Below, piece by piece: positions 51,660-62,246 of a stretch of DNA of 64,000 nucleotides (position 1 is the first letter of the stretch; each line of letters opens with the position of its first letter). The notes below the pieces were generated by a model. The model made no database searches, was not told the DNA's origin, and saw only the letters and a program-made list of their open reading frames with translations. Origin of the DNA: Macrostomum lignano (lineage: Eukaryota). The stretch covers positions 207,025-271,024 of the forward strand of contig NIVC01001547.1 of assembly GCA_002269645.1 (NCBI GenBank). The letters run 5' to 3'. Position numbers and translations under genes: made by a program.

Positions 51660-52760
51660 TTACGAGTTTAAAAGTGCAACGAGCACGATGCACTCAAGCT
51701 CACGCACGAACGGGTTATAGTCTGACGTAACTTTCATGTCGTCAATTCTCGTCCACACACAGCTCAGTACGCTTGCTGTGAAATGTCCCGATTTCAGTCG
51801 GTTTCCATGGTGTGATATTGTGGCCACTGGCTTACCAAGTGTAGAAACACCCCCTGACCTTGAAGAAAAGCTTACAGGAGTTTGAAGCTTTAGGTGGCCA
51901 TCCATACTAGCACGATCAAGATAAATCAGGGTAAACTTTCCAGGTGTTACTACGATCTCTTGATTACAATCGCCCAGGCAATTGGCGTCCGAACATTTCA
52001 CTACTTGAGGAGCGACAAAAGCGCAGAAGATTTTGTCTAAACTGACAAGTGAGCGCTCAAATTGACAGAGAGGAATGCAAATCACTCTGTTATCGATTGT
52101 GCCAACAGGAACTTCAGCACTTGTGCGCTGGCAATCTCGACAAGTTTGAATGAGTGAAAATTCTGTGAAAGCATCTGATGACAGAAATTCCAGATGTATT
52201 TGAAGCGTTTGAACAAATTCGTTGACGCAATGGTGCTGATTTGTTTGAAATGAATCTGGATGTTGCAACCGAACTGCCGTTAACAGTGGAGTGACTGTTG
52301 CAGACCGCTGTTGCATCTCCGTCAGAAGACGAAGCAGCTCTCGATTGGACTTGGTCGTTGCTAGTCTCTTTTAAAATGCATCCATTAGAATGCAGGCAGA
52401 GAAACAATTGCACTGCTGCATTTGCGTAGCACTGCAGGCCATTATTTGGCAACCCAAATAACTTCTTCGGCGAATTCAATGAACCAGTAGCATTTGAACT
52501 GTGCCTCTGTTCATCTTGCTGCGATTCAGCACTGTCTCTGCGAGGTGCATTTGGAGCTGGATGACCACCAGATTGATCATTGTAAAGATTGGCAATCAGT
52601 GCTTTTGGCAAAGCACTGTCAATAAATCGGAAGCTGCTGCTGCACATGTTGTAGCTTTCGGGGTGATATGCATAACAGCCTAGCATTCTAACCACAGCCA
52701 TAACATGACTGTCACACCCTGCTGTCCTGCTTCCGGCCTTTTGGGGATGAAAAGTAGCCA
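51660..52760 (-). pseudogene. USP/C19-type cysteine peptidase domain preceded by a SWIM-like finger remnant; frameshifted and 5'-truncated
   Basis: Cys box GLPNNGLQCYANAAVQ; His box ISHHGNRLKSGHFTA...WTRIDD; upstream KAGSRTAGCDSHVMAVVRMLG. Frame change near 52310. Confidence 0.7.
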
Positions 52761-52764
52761 TGCA

Positions 52765-53035
52765 AGTAGTATAGAAAAAGACGCTTCTAGACCCAGAGCA
52801 CTTTTTTAATGACCGTTTTAAGGGTCTAGAGGGGGGACACGGGGGGTAAATAAAAAAACACATCTAAACACCCTTAACACATCTAATCACCCATAATCAC
52901 CCCTAACAATAAAAATCACTTCCCAACACTTCCAAACACTCCCCAACACCCCCCTCGCGTCCCCCCTCTTAAGACCTTACAAACGGTCATTAAAATAAGG
53001 TCTGATCTAGAAGCGTCTTTTTCTATACTACTACT
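52765..53035. repeat. ~270-bp fold-back with AGTAGT termini
   Basis: Arms 52765-52838 and 52959-53035; the first 27 nt are perfectly complementary, ~80% overall. The interior is C/A-rich with 10-bp repeats. Confidence 0.85.
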
Positions 53036-53254
53036 CTATAACCCCTTGCCCGCGCCGCAGGCGCGAAGGGTCGGAAAGAATAGAAGCTATTTATAGTCAG
53101 CTCACCTACCCACCCAACATTCCATTTAGACCAGATTTTAGACCAAATTTTTGAAAACGAAAACCAAAACGATAGTCTAGTTTTGTTTGGTCTAAAATCT
53201 GGTCTAAATGGAATGCAGACAATCTTTTTTCTGTTACTAAAAATAGAACAAAAA

Positions 53255-53665
53255 ATGACACACGTTACGCATTTGCAAAATCTGAATGAAATGCAGGTAG
53301 GAGATCCAATTGAATACCGAGGTGAGGGACTTTTTGATTTGGTTGGAACAGCAGCAAATTTTGTTAAAGACAATATGGGGCTTATAGGGCAAGCTGGCTC
53401 TGCAGCAGGCTCTATAACAAATGCTGTAAAAGGAGGAATTGAAGCAGCTAGAGCGGCAGAAGAACTAAAGAAATTGAGAGAATTTAACGATACCCTCTCA
53501 CAGATAAAAGCAATAAAAGATTTGAAATTAGCACAGGAAGCAACCCAAGCCGCACAACCAACAGAAACCCCCACGAAAAGCGCACCAATAAGTAATAAAG
53601 ATATTCAGGATTTTAATAAAATGTTAAATACTATTAAAGGTGGAAAAGGATTAAAGAAATTTTAA
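53255..53665 (+). CDS. Polinton core/virion-like small protein (136 aa)
   Basis: AAAAATG start; RGEGLF and KGGKGLKKF motifs; Ala/Gly-rich amphipathic segment and a coiled coil. Confidence 0.6.
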   Translation: MTHVTHLQNLNEMQVGDPIEYRGEGLFDLVGTAANFVKDNMGLIGQAGSAAGSITNAVKGGIEAARAAEELKKLREFNDTLSQIKAIKDLKLAQEATQAAQPTETPTKSAPISNKDIQDFNKMLNTIKGGKGLKKF

Positions 53666-53675
53666 CAATATAAAA

Positions 53676-54702
53676 ATGGACACAGATAACGACCGCTTAT
53701 ATTTTATAGGAGAAATTGTAGACACTTTAGATTTGGATGATAATAAACATAGCCACACAATGTTAAAAAGATTGGATCGATTAGGTAAAAAGTTTGACTA
53801 CGACATCGATACATTTAAACTCGCAGCAAAATATGCACAAGAAGGAAGGCCAATATCCTTTAAGAATCGCGGCAGAAATTATAGGTTAACAGACTCCGAT
53901 GTGAAATTTTTAATGGAGACTCACACTAAAAAGGACGGCGGATTACTACCCATTCTACCGCTTCTTTTAGGACTTGGCGCAGCTGGAGCAGTCGGTTTAG
54001 CCGGAAAAAGAATTCATGATAATGTAAAACAGCTAGGAGAGTTAAGAGCGAAACAGGGGGAATCTTGCCCCTTGCAGCTTTGCTCCCAATAATTTTTGCA
54101 GGAATTGGAGCAGCTGGAGGAGTTGCTGGTGGAGCAGCTGGAATTGCAAAAGCAGTAAATGACAAAAAAGCTGCGGACGAAAAAGCTAAAAGAGAGGCCG
54201 AATTTCAAAGACAGCAAATAACGCAGGACGCACAATTTAAACAAAAACTTATCGATACAATTAATAGTAGTTCAGCAACAGCTGAGCAAAAAAGAAATGC
54301 AGAAGCTAGGTTATCAGCTGGAAAAGGTTTACTCTTGCAAGGATCAAATCATGGCAATGGTTTACTTTTACAAGGAACAACCCAAGGAAGTGGAGTTGTC
54401 GCAGATAAACTACATGAATTTGGCCAAACTTGATGAAAAACGGGTGAGAAAGCTAAAGGATTTTTTGACAATATTGGATCCAATTTTAGACCAGCTGTTC
54501 AGAAAATTTTTAATAAATTAGGAAAAGATTTTAACATCATTGAAAAACACGACGGAAGCGGATTATATCTCGAAATGAGACCAAAAGCAGGTTCAGGAAT
54601 TTTCTTAAATTCAAACGTTTTGGGCAATGGATTACTGTTACCAAAAGCAGATCTCGAATAGGCTCCTGGGGGGTGGGTCAGGACACCAAAAACACAAAAT
54701 TA
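53676..54702 (+). pseudogene. Polinton Gly/Ala-rich membrane-active/core protein, interrupted
   Basis: KDGGLLPILPLLLG..., a G-run frameshift near 54058 (restores KQGGILPLAALLPIIFAGIGAAGGVAGGAAGIAKAVND), in-frame TGA TGA at 54431-54436 and TAG near 54658, and repeated GxG(L/I/V) motifs. Confidence 0.7.
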
Positions 54703-54745
54703 AAAAATCAATAATTCAAACATTATATAAATTTTATTCTATAAA

Positions 54746-57700
54746 ATGGAAGCAATTTTAGCTCAAATCGACAACCCTGAACTTAGAGCACAATTAATAG
54801 CTCAAATCGATGCACAACGAATTGCCGATAGGGCTGAAATAGAAGCAAGAATTAGGGCAGAAAATGAGATACGTTTAGAAAGACAATTAAATGATATTAA
54901 TAACCCCCAACCACAAGGACAAAATGGAGCTGAAGTAATATATATAGATATAGATATAAATACAAATTATAAAGAATATTTTAAACAAATGAAAGATAAA
55001 TTAAAGACCATATTAAACAATTATACTATAAGGCCAAATAACAAACGACAGCCAATTAAGTATAAAATAGAAGTTGAAACAGAATTTAAAAAACCAAATA
55101 TTCTTAATGCAAATTCAGAAATTGAAGTAATAAATAACTTTTCACAAGAATCATATAAAACATTATTATCACTGGGAAATTACAACAATAAATTCGATCA
55201 AATAGAAGCTGAGTTTGATGAATGGATAGATAAGATGACAGAAAACGGATCTGGGTTTATATTTGTATCCTGTAATTCAGCAATAGTAAAGATTGTTCCT
55301 ATTGAAATTCTTAAAGGACGATCACATATGAAGCTCAAATTTAAATCACCTATGATTATAAATCCAGACAATAAAGATAATAAATGTTTATTATGGTGTT
55401 TATTAATTCATAAATATCACAATCAAGTAGAATCACACATTAATAAAATATATAATTATAGACAATATGAGGATGAAATAATAATGAAAAACATATCATA
55501 CCCAGTAGCAATAGATGATATATATAAGATTGAAAAAATGAATGGTTTAAATATTAATGTGTTTACAATTGAAGAACCAAAAGATCTAGAAGAAATTTTA
55601 ACCGATCCAGAATGGTATAAGAAAAGGTGTTATCTTGTTAAGCCAGCAACTGATATAACAGCACCAGATCAAATCGATCTTTTGTACATGCAGCGCGAAA
55701 ATGAAACACATTATATATACATAAAAGATATTAGTTCTTTTTTAAGAGAAAATAGAAATAGATATCCACTATGTAGAAATTGTTTTACATTTAAAAAGGA
55801 TGAAACAGCTCTTAAAAACCACCAACGATTTTGTTTAGATCACAAATTTACTAATGCTATAATGCCAGCATCTGAAGATGCAACCCTAAAGTTCCAACAA
55901 CATTATATGGCAGTTAAAAAACCAATAGTAATATATGCTGATTTTGAAGCAACAAATGTTCCCTTAAAAGAATCACAGACGGCATCTGATGATGGGGATC
56001 GTGCAAAGCACGCGACCCTACGGGACGAATGCACAAAAAAATTGGCACAACAGTTTCCGAATAGTTATTGTATATATGTAAACTCTGTAGCTGATCATAT
56101 ATTTAAATCAAGGATGATTACTTACCACGGTAATGATGCAGCTAAGCACATGGCAGAATCATTAGTAAATGTATTTGAATATATTCAAAATCAATATGAT
56201 AAATTATCAAAAAATATTAATATGACAAATAAGGATAGAGACAATTATAAAAATGCAACAAATTGTTTTATGTGCAAAAGACATTTAAGTAAGAATAATA
56301 AGATACGAGAACATTGTCATCTAACAGGAAATTATCGAGGGGCAGCATGTAGATCATGTAATGCAAAAGAAGGAAAAGGATGTAAGGAAATACCAGTATT
56401 TTTTCATAATGGTTCCGGATATGATTTTCATTTCTTAGTTCGAGAATTGCTTCATTTAGGAAAGGATGAATATGAAATAAATATATTACCTAAAACATCA
56501 GAAAATTACATATCAATAACATATGGTAAGAAATACTCCCATCTAGTTTTTCTAGATTCCTTGAGATTCTTATCAACATCTTTAGCAAATGTTGTTTCAT
56601 CATTAGTTCCAAAACCATGGGATTTAGAAATAGTAAAGAAAAACTTTCCAATACTATTGAATCGTTTCAAAAAAGAAAAACTATCCGAGGAAGAACTAAT
56701 GCTATTAACTCGTAAGGGCATCTATCCATATGAATATGTAACATCTGAAGACGTATTTTTTCATACCGAATTACCCCCATAGAAAAGTTTTATTCCATTA
56801 TCACAATCAAATATAAGTGAATCGGATTATGAACACGCTCAAAAAGTATGGAAATACTTTAATTGTAAAACATTTAAAGATTATCATAATCTATATCTTA
56901 AAGCAGATGTTCTCCTATTAGCTGATGCATTTGAAAACTTTAGGAATCATACATATGAGAATTTTAAAATTGATCCCGCATATTGTTTCAGTGCACCGGG
57001 ATTAACATGGGCTTGTGGTTTGAAACATACAGATGTTAAGATTGATTTACTAACTGATCATGATATGTTGTTAATGATTGAGAGAGGAATTCGCGGCGGA
57101 TTCTCGGGTGTACTAGGAGATAGATATACTAAAGTAAATAATAAATATCTACCAAATTATAATAAAAAAGAAAAATCATCATATGTATTATATCTAGATG
57201 CAAACAATTTATACGGTGGTTGTATGAAACAAAAATTACCAATAGCTGATTTCCAATGGGAAGATGACCCCGATTATTACAAAAATATTCCCGAAGGAAG
57301 GGGCTGTATTGTAGAGGTGGATTTGCAATATACTCGGGAAGCAAAAGCAAAAACATATAAATATCCTTTAGCTCCAGAGCATTGTTCAGTTAATGAAGAT
57401 GATTTATCACAAACACAAAAAGATTATCTTAAAGTAGATAATGCAAAACATCTAGCAACAAAAAAATTAATATTAAATTTACATGATAAGAAAAACTATG
57501 TAGTGCATTATAAGCTTCTACAATTTTATGAAAAACAGGGATTAAAAGTTCAAAGTACATCGAACAATATCGTTTATTGAGGAAGATTGGTTAGCTAAAT
57601 ATATTGATTTTAATTCAAATCAGAGACAGATGTCAAAAACAAATTTTGAGAAAGATTATTGGAAATTAATGAATAATGCTTTTTATGGAAAAACGGTTGA

Positions 57701-58724
57701 AAATATTAGAGATAGAACCCAATTCCATTTAGAAAAGGATATTGATAAAGCAAAGAAATATTTCTCAAAACCTAACTTTAAAGACTTTATAAAATTTGAT
57801 GATAACTTTATGGGTATTCATATGAGAAATAAAACAACAAAATTTCTTAAACCAATATTTATTGGAATGGTTGTTTTAGATTTTGCAAAGCTGGTAATGT
57901 ATGAATATTATTATGATGTTATAAATAAAACATGGCCAGATAACTATCCAATATATGCAGACACCGACAGTTTGGTATTTAAGGTTGAAACAGAGGATCG
58001 GGCAAAGCCCGCGAACCAAAGGTTCGATGTCTATAAAGATATGGAAAAAATTAAGGATACATTGGATACCTCCGACTATCCGGATAACCATCCTTTAAAA
58101 TCAGATCAAAATAAAAAAGTTGTACTTAAAATGAAAGATGAATTAAATAGCAAAATCATAACCGAGTTTATAGCAATAAGATCAAAATGCTATGCATTTA
58201 AAGTTTTAGGACAGGAGGGAGAGGTAAAAAAAATAAAAGGGGTATCAAGAGCAGCAGTAAAAAAGATAACATTTGATGATTATAAAAACGTACTTTTAGA
58301 TTACCTTAATACAATTGAAAATTATCATGCTCCACAATATCGATTAAATTCAGATAAGCATCAGATGTTTGTCATCGAGACAGATAAAAAAACATTAAGT
58401 CCATTTGATGATAAAAGATATTTAGATGATAAAATTAAAACATATCCATATGGTTTAAAAGAAGAGATAAAAAATATGATAAAAGATAAAAAACAAAAAG
58501 AAGATATAATAAGTAAATATAATGAATACAAAGCGGCAATAAATAATTATTATTACGATTGTGATTGTGAATCCGAATGTGATTGTGAATATAATACATT
58601 TCTAGAATATGAAAAAGATATAGATAATTATTATTCAACATTTCCAAAAGAACTTAAAAAATTAAATAAGGAAAAAGTCTTGAATAACTGGAAGAGATTA
58701 ACAGAAAAATTACTTATCGGATAA
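54746..58724 (+). pseudogene. polB: Protein-primed family B DNA polymerase with an endonuclease VII-like insert
   Basis: Exo motifs IYADFEA, FHNGSGYD and YLKADV; pol motifs YLDANNLYG, KLMNNAFYGK and YADTDS; CFMC...REHCHLTGNYRGAACRSCN. TAG at 56780 with compensating indels; frameshift near 57550. Confidence 0.93.
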
Positions 58725-59089
58725 AATCCGCGACCCTTCGGGCGGAAAAAAACTAAAGCATGTAATTGTTTAAGCATAATATCCATTTCGATTTCATATA
58801 TTATTGAAGGCCAATTTTCCTCGCAGTCGTCAGGGTAACTTAAACAATCCTTTATTTTTTTCCTAAGTTTTTTTATTTTTCTAACCAACCTATCTATTTC
58901 GATTTCAATTACTGTTTCAGCATAAGCAATTGCAGATTTAATAAAACGTTTTCTTTTATCCATTTCATATCGGATGGGAAACATATCGTCCCCATACTCA
59001 TGATATTTCTGAGATATAATTATATTTATTTTTTTATTAATATCATTAAGTTCACGCTCTTTAGTGATAAGGATTTTTATCGTATCCAT
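58631..59089 (-). CDS. Polinton ORF of unknown function (152 aa)
   Basis: AAAATG start, compositional match to the element; its 3' end overlaps the polB stop region. Confidence 0.5.
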   Translation of the reverse strand: MDTIKILITKERELNDINKKINIIISQKYHEYGDDMFPIRYEMDKRKRFIKSAIAYAETVIEIEIDRLVRKIKKLRKKIKDCLSYPDDCEENWPSIIYEIEMDIMLKQLHALVFFRPKGRGFYPISNFSVNLFQLFKTFSLFNFLSSFGNVE

Positions 59090-59462
59090 TTTCTTATAAA
59101 AAATTTAGTCTTCGTCGTCATCCTCCCAAACAGCCGCCAATTTTACAGTCCTATCACTCTTTTTATTATTTGTTTGTTTTAGTTTAAATTGCAATCCACC
59201 CTCGTTGCAGTATTTCATAACAAACGCTTTAGGTTTATTAATAACTAAAACAGGAAAATTTTTAACATCATCTCCGCTTAGACATAAAATTTTTGCCCAT
59301 CTAATTGTAAAAATATTGATTGAAGCCCAATAAATTTAACCTGTCTCAAACATATAATATTATATTCTTTATTCTCCAACATATTGGGTGTGAGATAATT
59401 AATCACATTAGAATCGGTTTTGAACCAACTTTCCATTTTTAATCTAAAAAAATAACAAAAAA

Positions 59463-59975
59463 ATGAAAGACATTTATGTTTGTAATAAATGTAATGTGAC
59501 TATGCACAGAGGGCAAACAGCAAACGGAGATATATATCATATGTGTTATTCATGTTCTAAAATATATCAATTTGAAAAAACAAAAAAGATTGAAAACTCA
59601 TATTACTATTTTAAAAACACAATTTTAAGAAATCTTACAAGAGACATTTCTGATCCAATTTTAATTCCCGGAAATAATGTTTATTTATATAATAACTTTT
59701 TCCATTTAAATAAAGGAAAGGGATTAAGTTCGAAAGACTCCGAAAGGATTTTAATTTTAGTTGGATATTATTTCAATTTTCTTATGCGAGAGAATACAAA
59801 GTTTATAAGGATTGGTAACATACCTAACGAAATGTTATTGAAAAAGTCATTGGAATTTTTATGTATTGATAAAAAATTTAAACCTAGGATCAGAAGAGAG
59901 TTACCACTTTGGGAAGAATATATAACATATGCATTAGAAAAACTAAACAACATTAAGTTCTACAGCACTTCCTGA
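59463..59975 (+). CDS. Polinton ORF with an N-terminal zinc ribbon (170 aa)
   Basis: CNKC-x17-CYSC; AAAATG start. Confidence 0.6.
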   Translation: MKDIYVCNKCNVTMHRGQTANGDIYHMCYSCSKIYQFEKTKKIENSYYYFKNTILRNLTRDISDPILIPGNNVYLYNNFFHLNKGKGLSSKDSERILILVGYYFNFLMRENTKFIRIGNIPNEMLLKKSLEFLCIDKKFKPRIRRELPLWEEYITYALEKLNNIKFYSTS

Positions 59976-60599
59976 CCGCGGGCTTTGTGCCCCAGTAGCA
60001 ATAGTTTCGGGTTCGTAAATACCTAATGTTTCTATAGGTGGAGCTTTGGGTTTATCGAGTCTCAACTCTTTTAATTCCATATCGGTAAAAGTTTCAACAT
60101 CTAAAATTCTATTTCTATCTTTTAAATATTTTTCATATAACTCAACCGCGGTTGATAATTCATGAATCGTTATCTCTCCGTCATCCAATATTTTTTGCAC
60201 ATATAAATATAACTGATTTTTATATTGCTTGGCAACGTCTCTTAATGATTTATATTTTTCCTTTCTTTTTTTTAGATATAATTTAATTGCTAAAAGTATT
60301 GATAAGTTTCTGATCAATTCAAAACCTGATATTGAGCCAATTGAAATACCTAAAAATAATTGAGATAAATTAAGAGTTGGAATAGATTGTAAAATACCTA
60401 AAACGATTACACATAACATTGATAAGCTTCCAAATCCAATATTGAAAAAGTCCATATTTCTTATATGGTTTGAAACTCTTCTTACTTTTTTAGCATATAA
60501 ATCATAATCATAATTTATTCGATCAACATTACTTAACATCTGACCTTTACGTTGGTTGAACCGGTCGCGTTCCCATTTATCTGCTTCAGATACCGACAT
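59943..60599 (-). CDS. Polinton ORF with two predicted membrane helices and a coiled coil (218 aa)
   Basis: Hydrophobic hairpin FFNIGFGSLSMLCVIVLGIL...LFLGISIG, followed by a K-rich helix and LDDGEITIHEL. Confidence 0.65.
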   Translation of the reverse strand: MSVSEADKWERDRFNQRKGQMLSNVDRINYDYDLYAKKVRRVSNHIRNMDFFNIGFGSLSMLCVIVLGILQSIPTLNLSQLFLGISIGSISGFELIRNLSILLAIKLYLKKRKEKYKSLRDVAKQYKNQLYLYVQKILDDGEITIHELSTAVELYEKYLKDRNRILDVETFTDMELKELRLDKPKAPPIETLGIYEPETIATGAQSPRSGSAVELNVV

Positions 60600-60926
60600 T
60601 CTCGTCTATTTTTAATAGCACCAAAATGAATTCCCCGCGCTCTTTGGGTATTTGCCCGGAGCTCAATAGGTATTGTATTGGAGTGATTCTTTCTTTTTTC
60701 TCCCATTTAAATCCTATTTTCCAAAACTCTTGAAGTATAATATGATTTTTAATAACTTAATTAATTCTTGAAGCTTCTTATTATCCTGAACATTTACAGT
60801 ACTAAATAAAAATTTGGTATGAGATTTGAATGTTTTTATATTTGATTCTTGTTTAGGAATAGGAATAATAACATTATTTTGCCGCATCGATGGAGTTCTA
60901 CTAAAAGCCATTTTATACAAATTTTA

Positions 60927-62234
60927 GAGGGATACTCCAAAAGTTTTGCAATTCGACTATTTAAAGTTAATTCTGCTAAACTTTTCTATTACAATCCTTC
61001 AAAGTAGGCTCCCCGGAACTGCAAACACTTGTGCGCTCTTCCGAGCCACTTGTTCATGAGGCCCTGGAACTCTTCAATTGGGATGCCGTCAGTCGCCTCC
61101 TTCGCCGCCTGCTCCAGCTCCTCGTCGGACTGAAACCTGCACCCCCTAAGCGACTTTTTGATTTCTGGAAAGAGCCAGAAGTCGCAGGGGGCGAGGTCTG
61201 GTGAGTAGGGCGGGTGTGGTAGCGTTGCAATGCCCTCTTGGTCCAGGAACGCTCGAGTTGCAGCAGCCGTGTGGGCGGGGGCGTTGTCATGGTGAAGCTT
61301 CCGCCCTCGCATTCCCGTCCTTGGTGCCCTCTGGGTCACGCTGTCGATCACGACAGGCAAGCACTCTTCAGTGTACCATCGAGCAGTGACTGTAGCTTGA
61401 CCCTCCAGCTTCGCCATCGCCACCACGCCTTGTGAGTCGAAGAAGATGGCAAACATCCGCTTGCCCTGGGACCGGGACCGCCTTGCTTTCAGGGGTCGTT
61501 GCCCACCTTCCGGCACCCACTCTGCACTGCTGCGCTTTGTCTCGACGTCAAAATGATAGAGAAACGTCTCATCACCAGTGATGACTTCAGAGCGGCGCTG
61601 ATGGCTCCCGTGCTCATATCGATCGATGAGAAACTGACAGAACTCCATGCGGGCCTGTTTCTGAGCATCTGTCAGGATGTGGGGTATCCATCGGGCACAA
61701 AGCTTCCTGACTCTGAGGTGATCGTGTAGAATCGTATCGACCGCTGCCGATCCGATGCCAACATTCATAGCTAACGTGTCCGTGGTGATTCGCGGATCCT
61801 GATGGATCAGCTCCTGCACTGCAGCGATGTTTTCCTCCGTCGCTGCTGTCGGAGGTCTCCCGGGCCGGGGGTCGTCAGAAAAGCTGGTCCTGCCGGCCTG
61901 GAACTCGCGGTACCAGCGTGTAACCGTAGCATATGACGGTGCTTGAGCCTCCAATGTTGCTAGTAGCTCGGCATGAGTCTCAAGCGCCGTGAGCTTTCGC
62001 TTGTGGCAGTACCAAATTAGTAGCCGATTCTGCTCACGATTCAATTCCATGGCCGCAGCAGTACAGGTTAAGGAGTCACTGACTTTGACTGGGGGCTGAG
62101 CAGGCATATATGTATGAAATTACTAAAAAATTGAGGTGGGGACTATGTACATGTTTATTGTACAGAGGGTTGATTTTGAAGATTGTGCGACTTGCGCAAG
62201 TGGTTGAATTGCAAAACTTTTGGAGTGTCCCTCG
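60927..62234 (-). mobile_element. mariner transposon (DD34D) nested in the Polinton-like element
   Basis: TIRs (C)GAGGGA[T/C]ACTCCAAAAGTTTTGCAATTC, TA at 60925-60926 and 62235-62236, 1308 bp, much higher GC than the flanks. Confidence 0.95.
60989..62050 (-). CDS. Intact mariner transposase (353 aa from the likely ATG at 62050)
   Basis: CARWIPHIL, ITGDET, HHDNAPAH and YSPDLAPCDF; 34 residues between D2 and D3; no stops. Confidence 0.93.
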   Translation of the reverse strand: MELNREQNRLLIWYCHKRKLTALETHAELLATLEAQAPSYATVTRWYREFQAGRTSFSDDPRPGRPPTAATEENIAAVQELIHQDPRITTDTLAMNVGIGSAAVDTILHDHLRVRKLCARWIPHILTDAQKQARMEFCQFLIDRYEHGSHQRRSEVITGDETFLYHFDVETKRSSAEWVPEGGQRPLKARRSRSQGKRMFAIFFDSQGVVAMAKLEGQATVTARWYTEECLPVVIDSVTQRAPRTGMRGRKLHHDNAPAHTAAATRAFLDQEGIATLPHPPYSPDLAPCDFWLFPEIKKSLRGCRFQSDEELEQAAKEATDGIPIEEFQGLMNKWLGRAHKCLQFRGAYFEGL

Positions 62235-62246
62235 TATATAAATATT

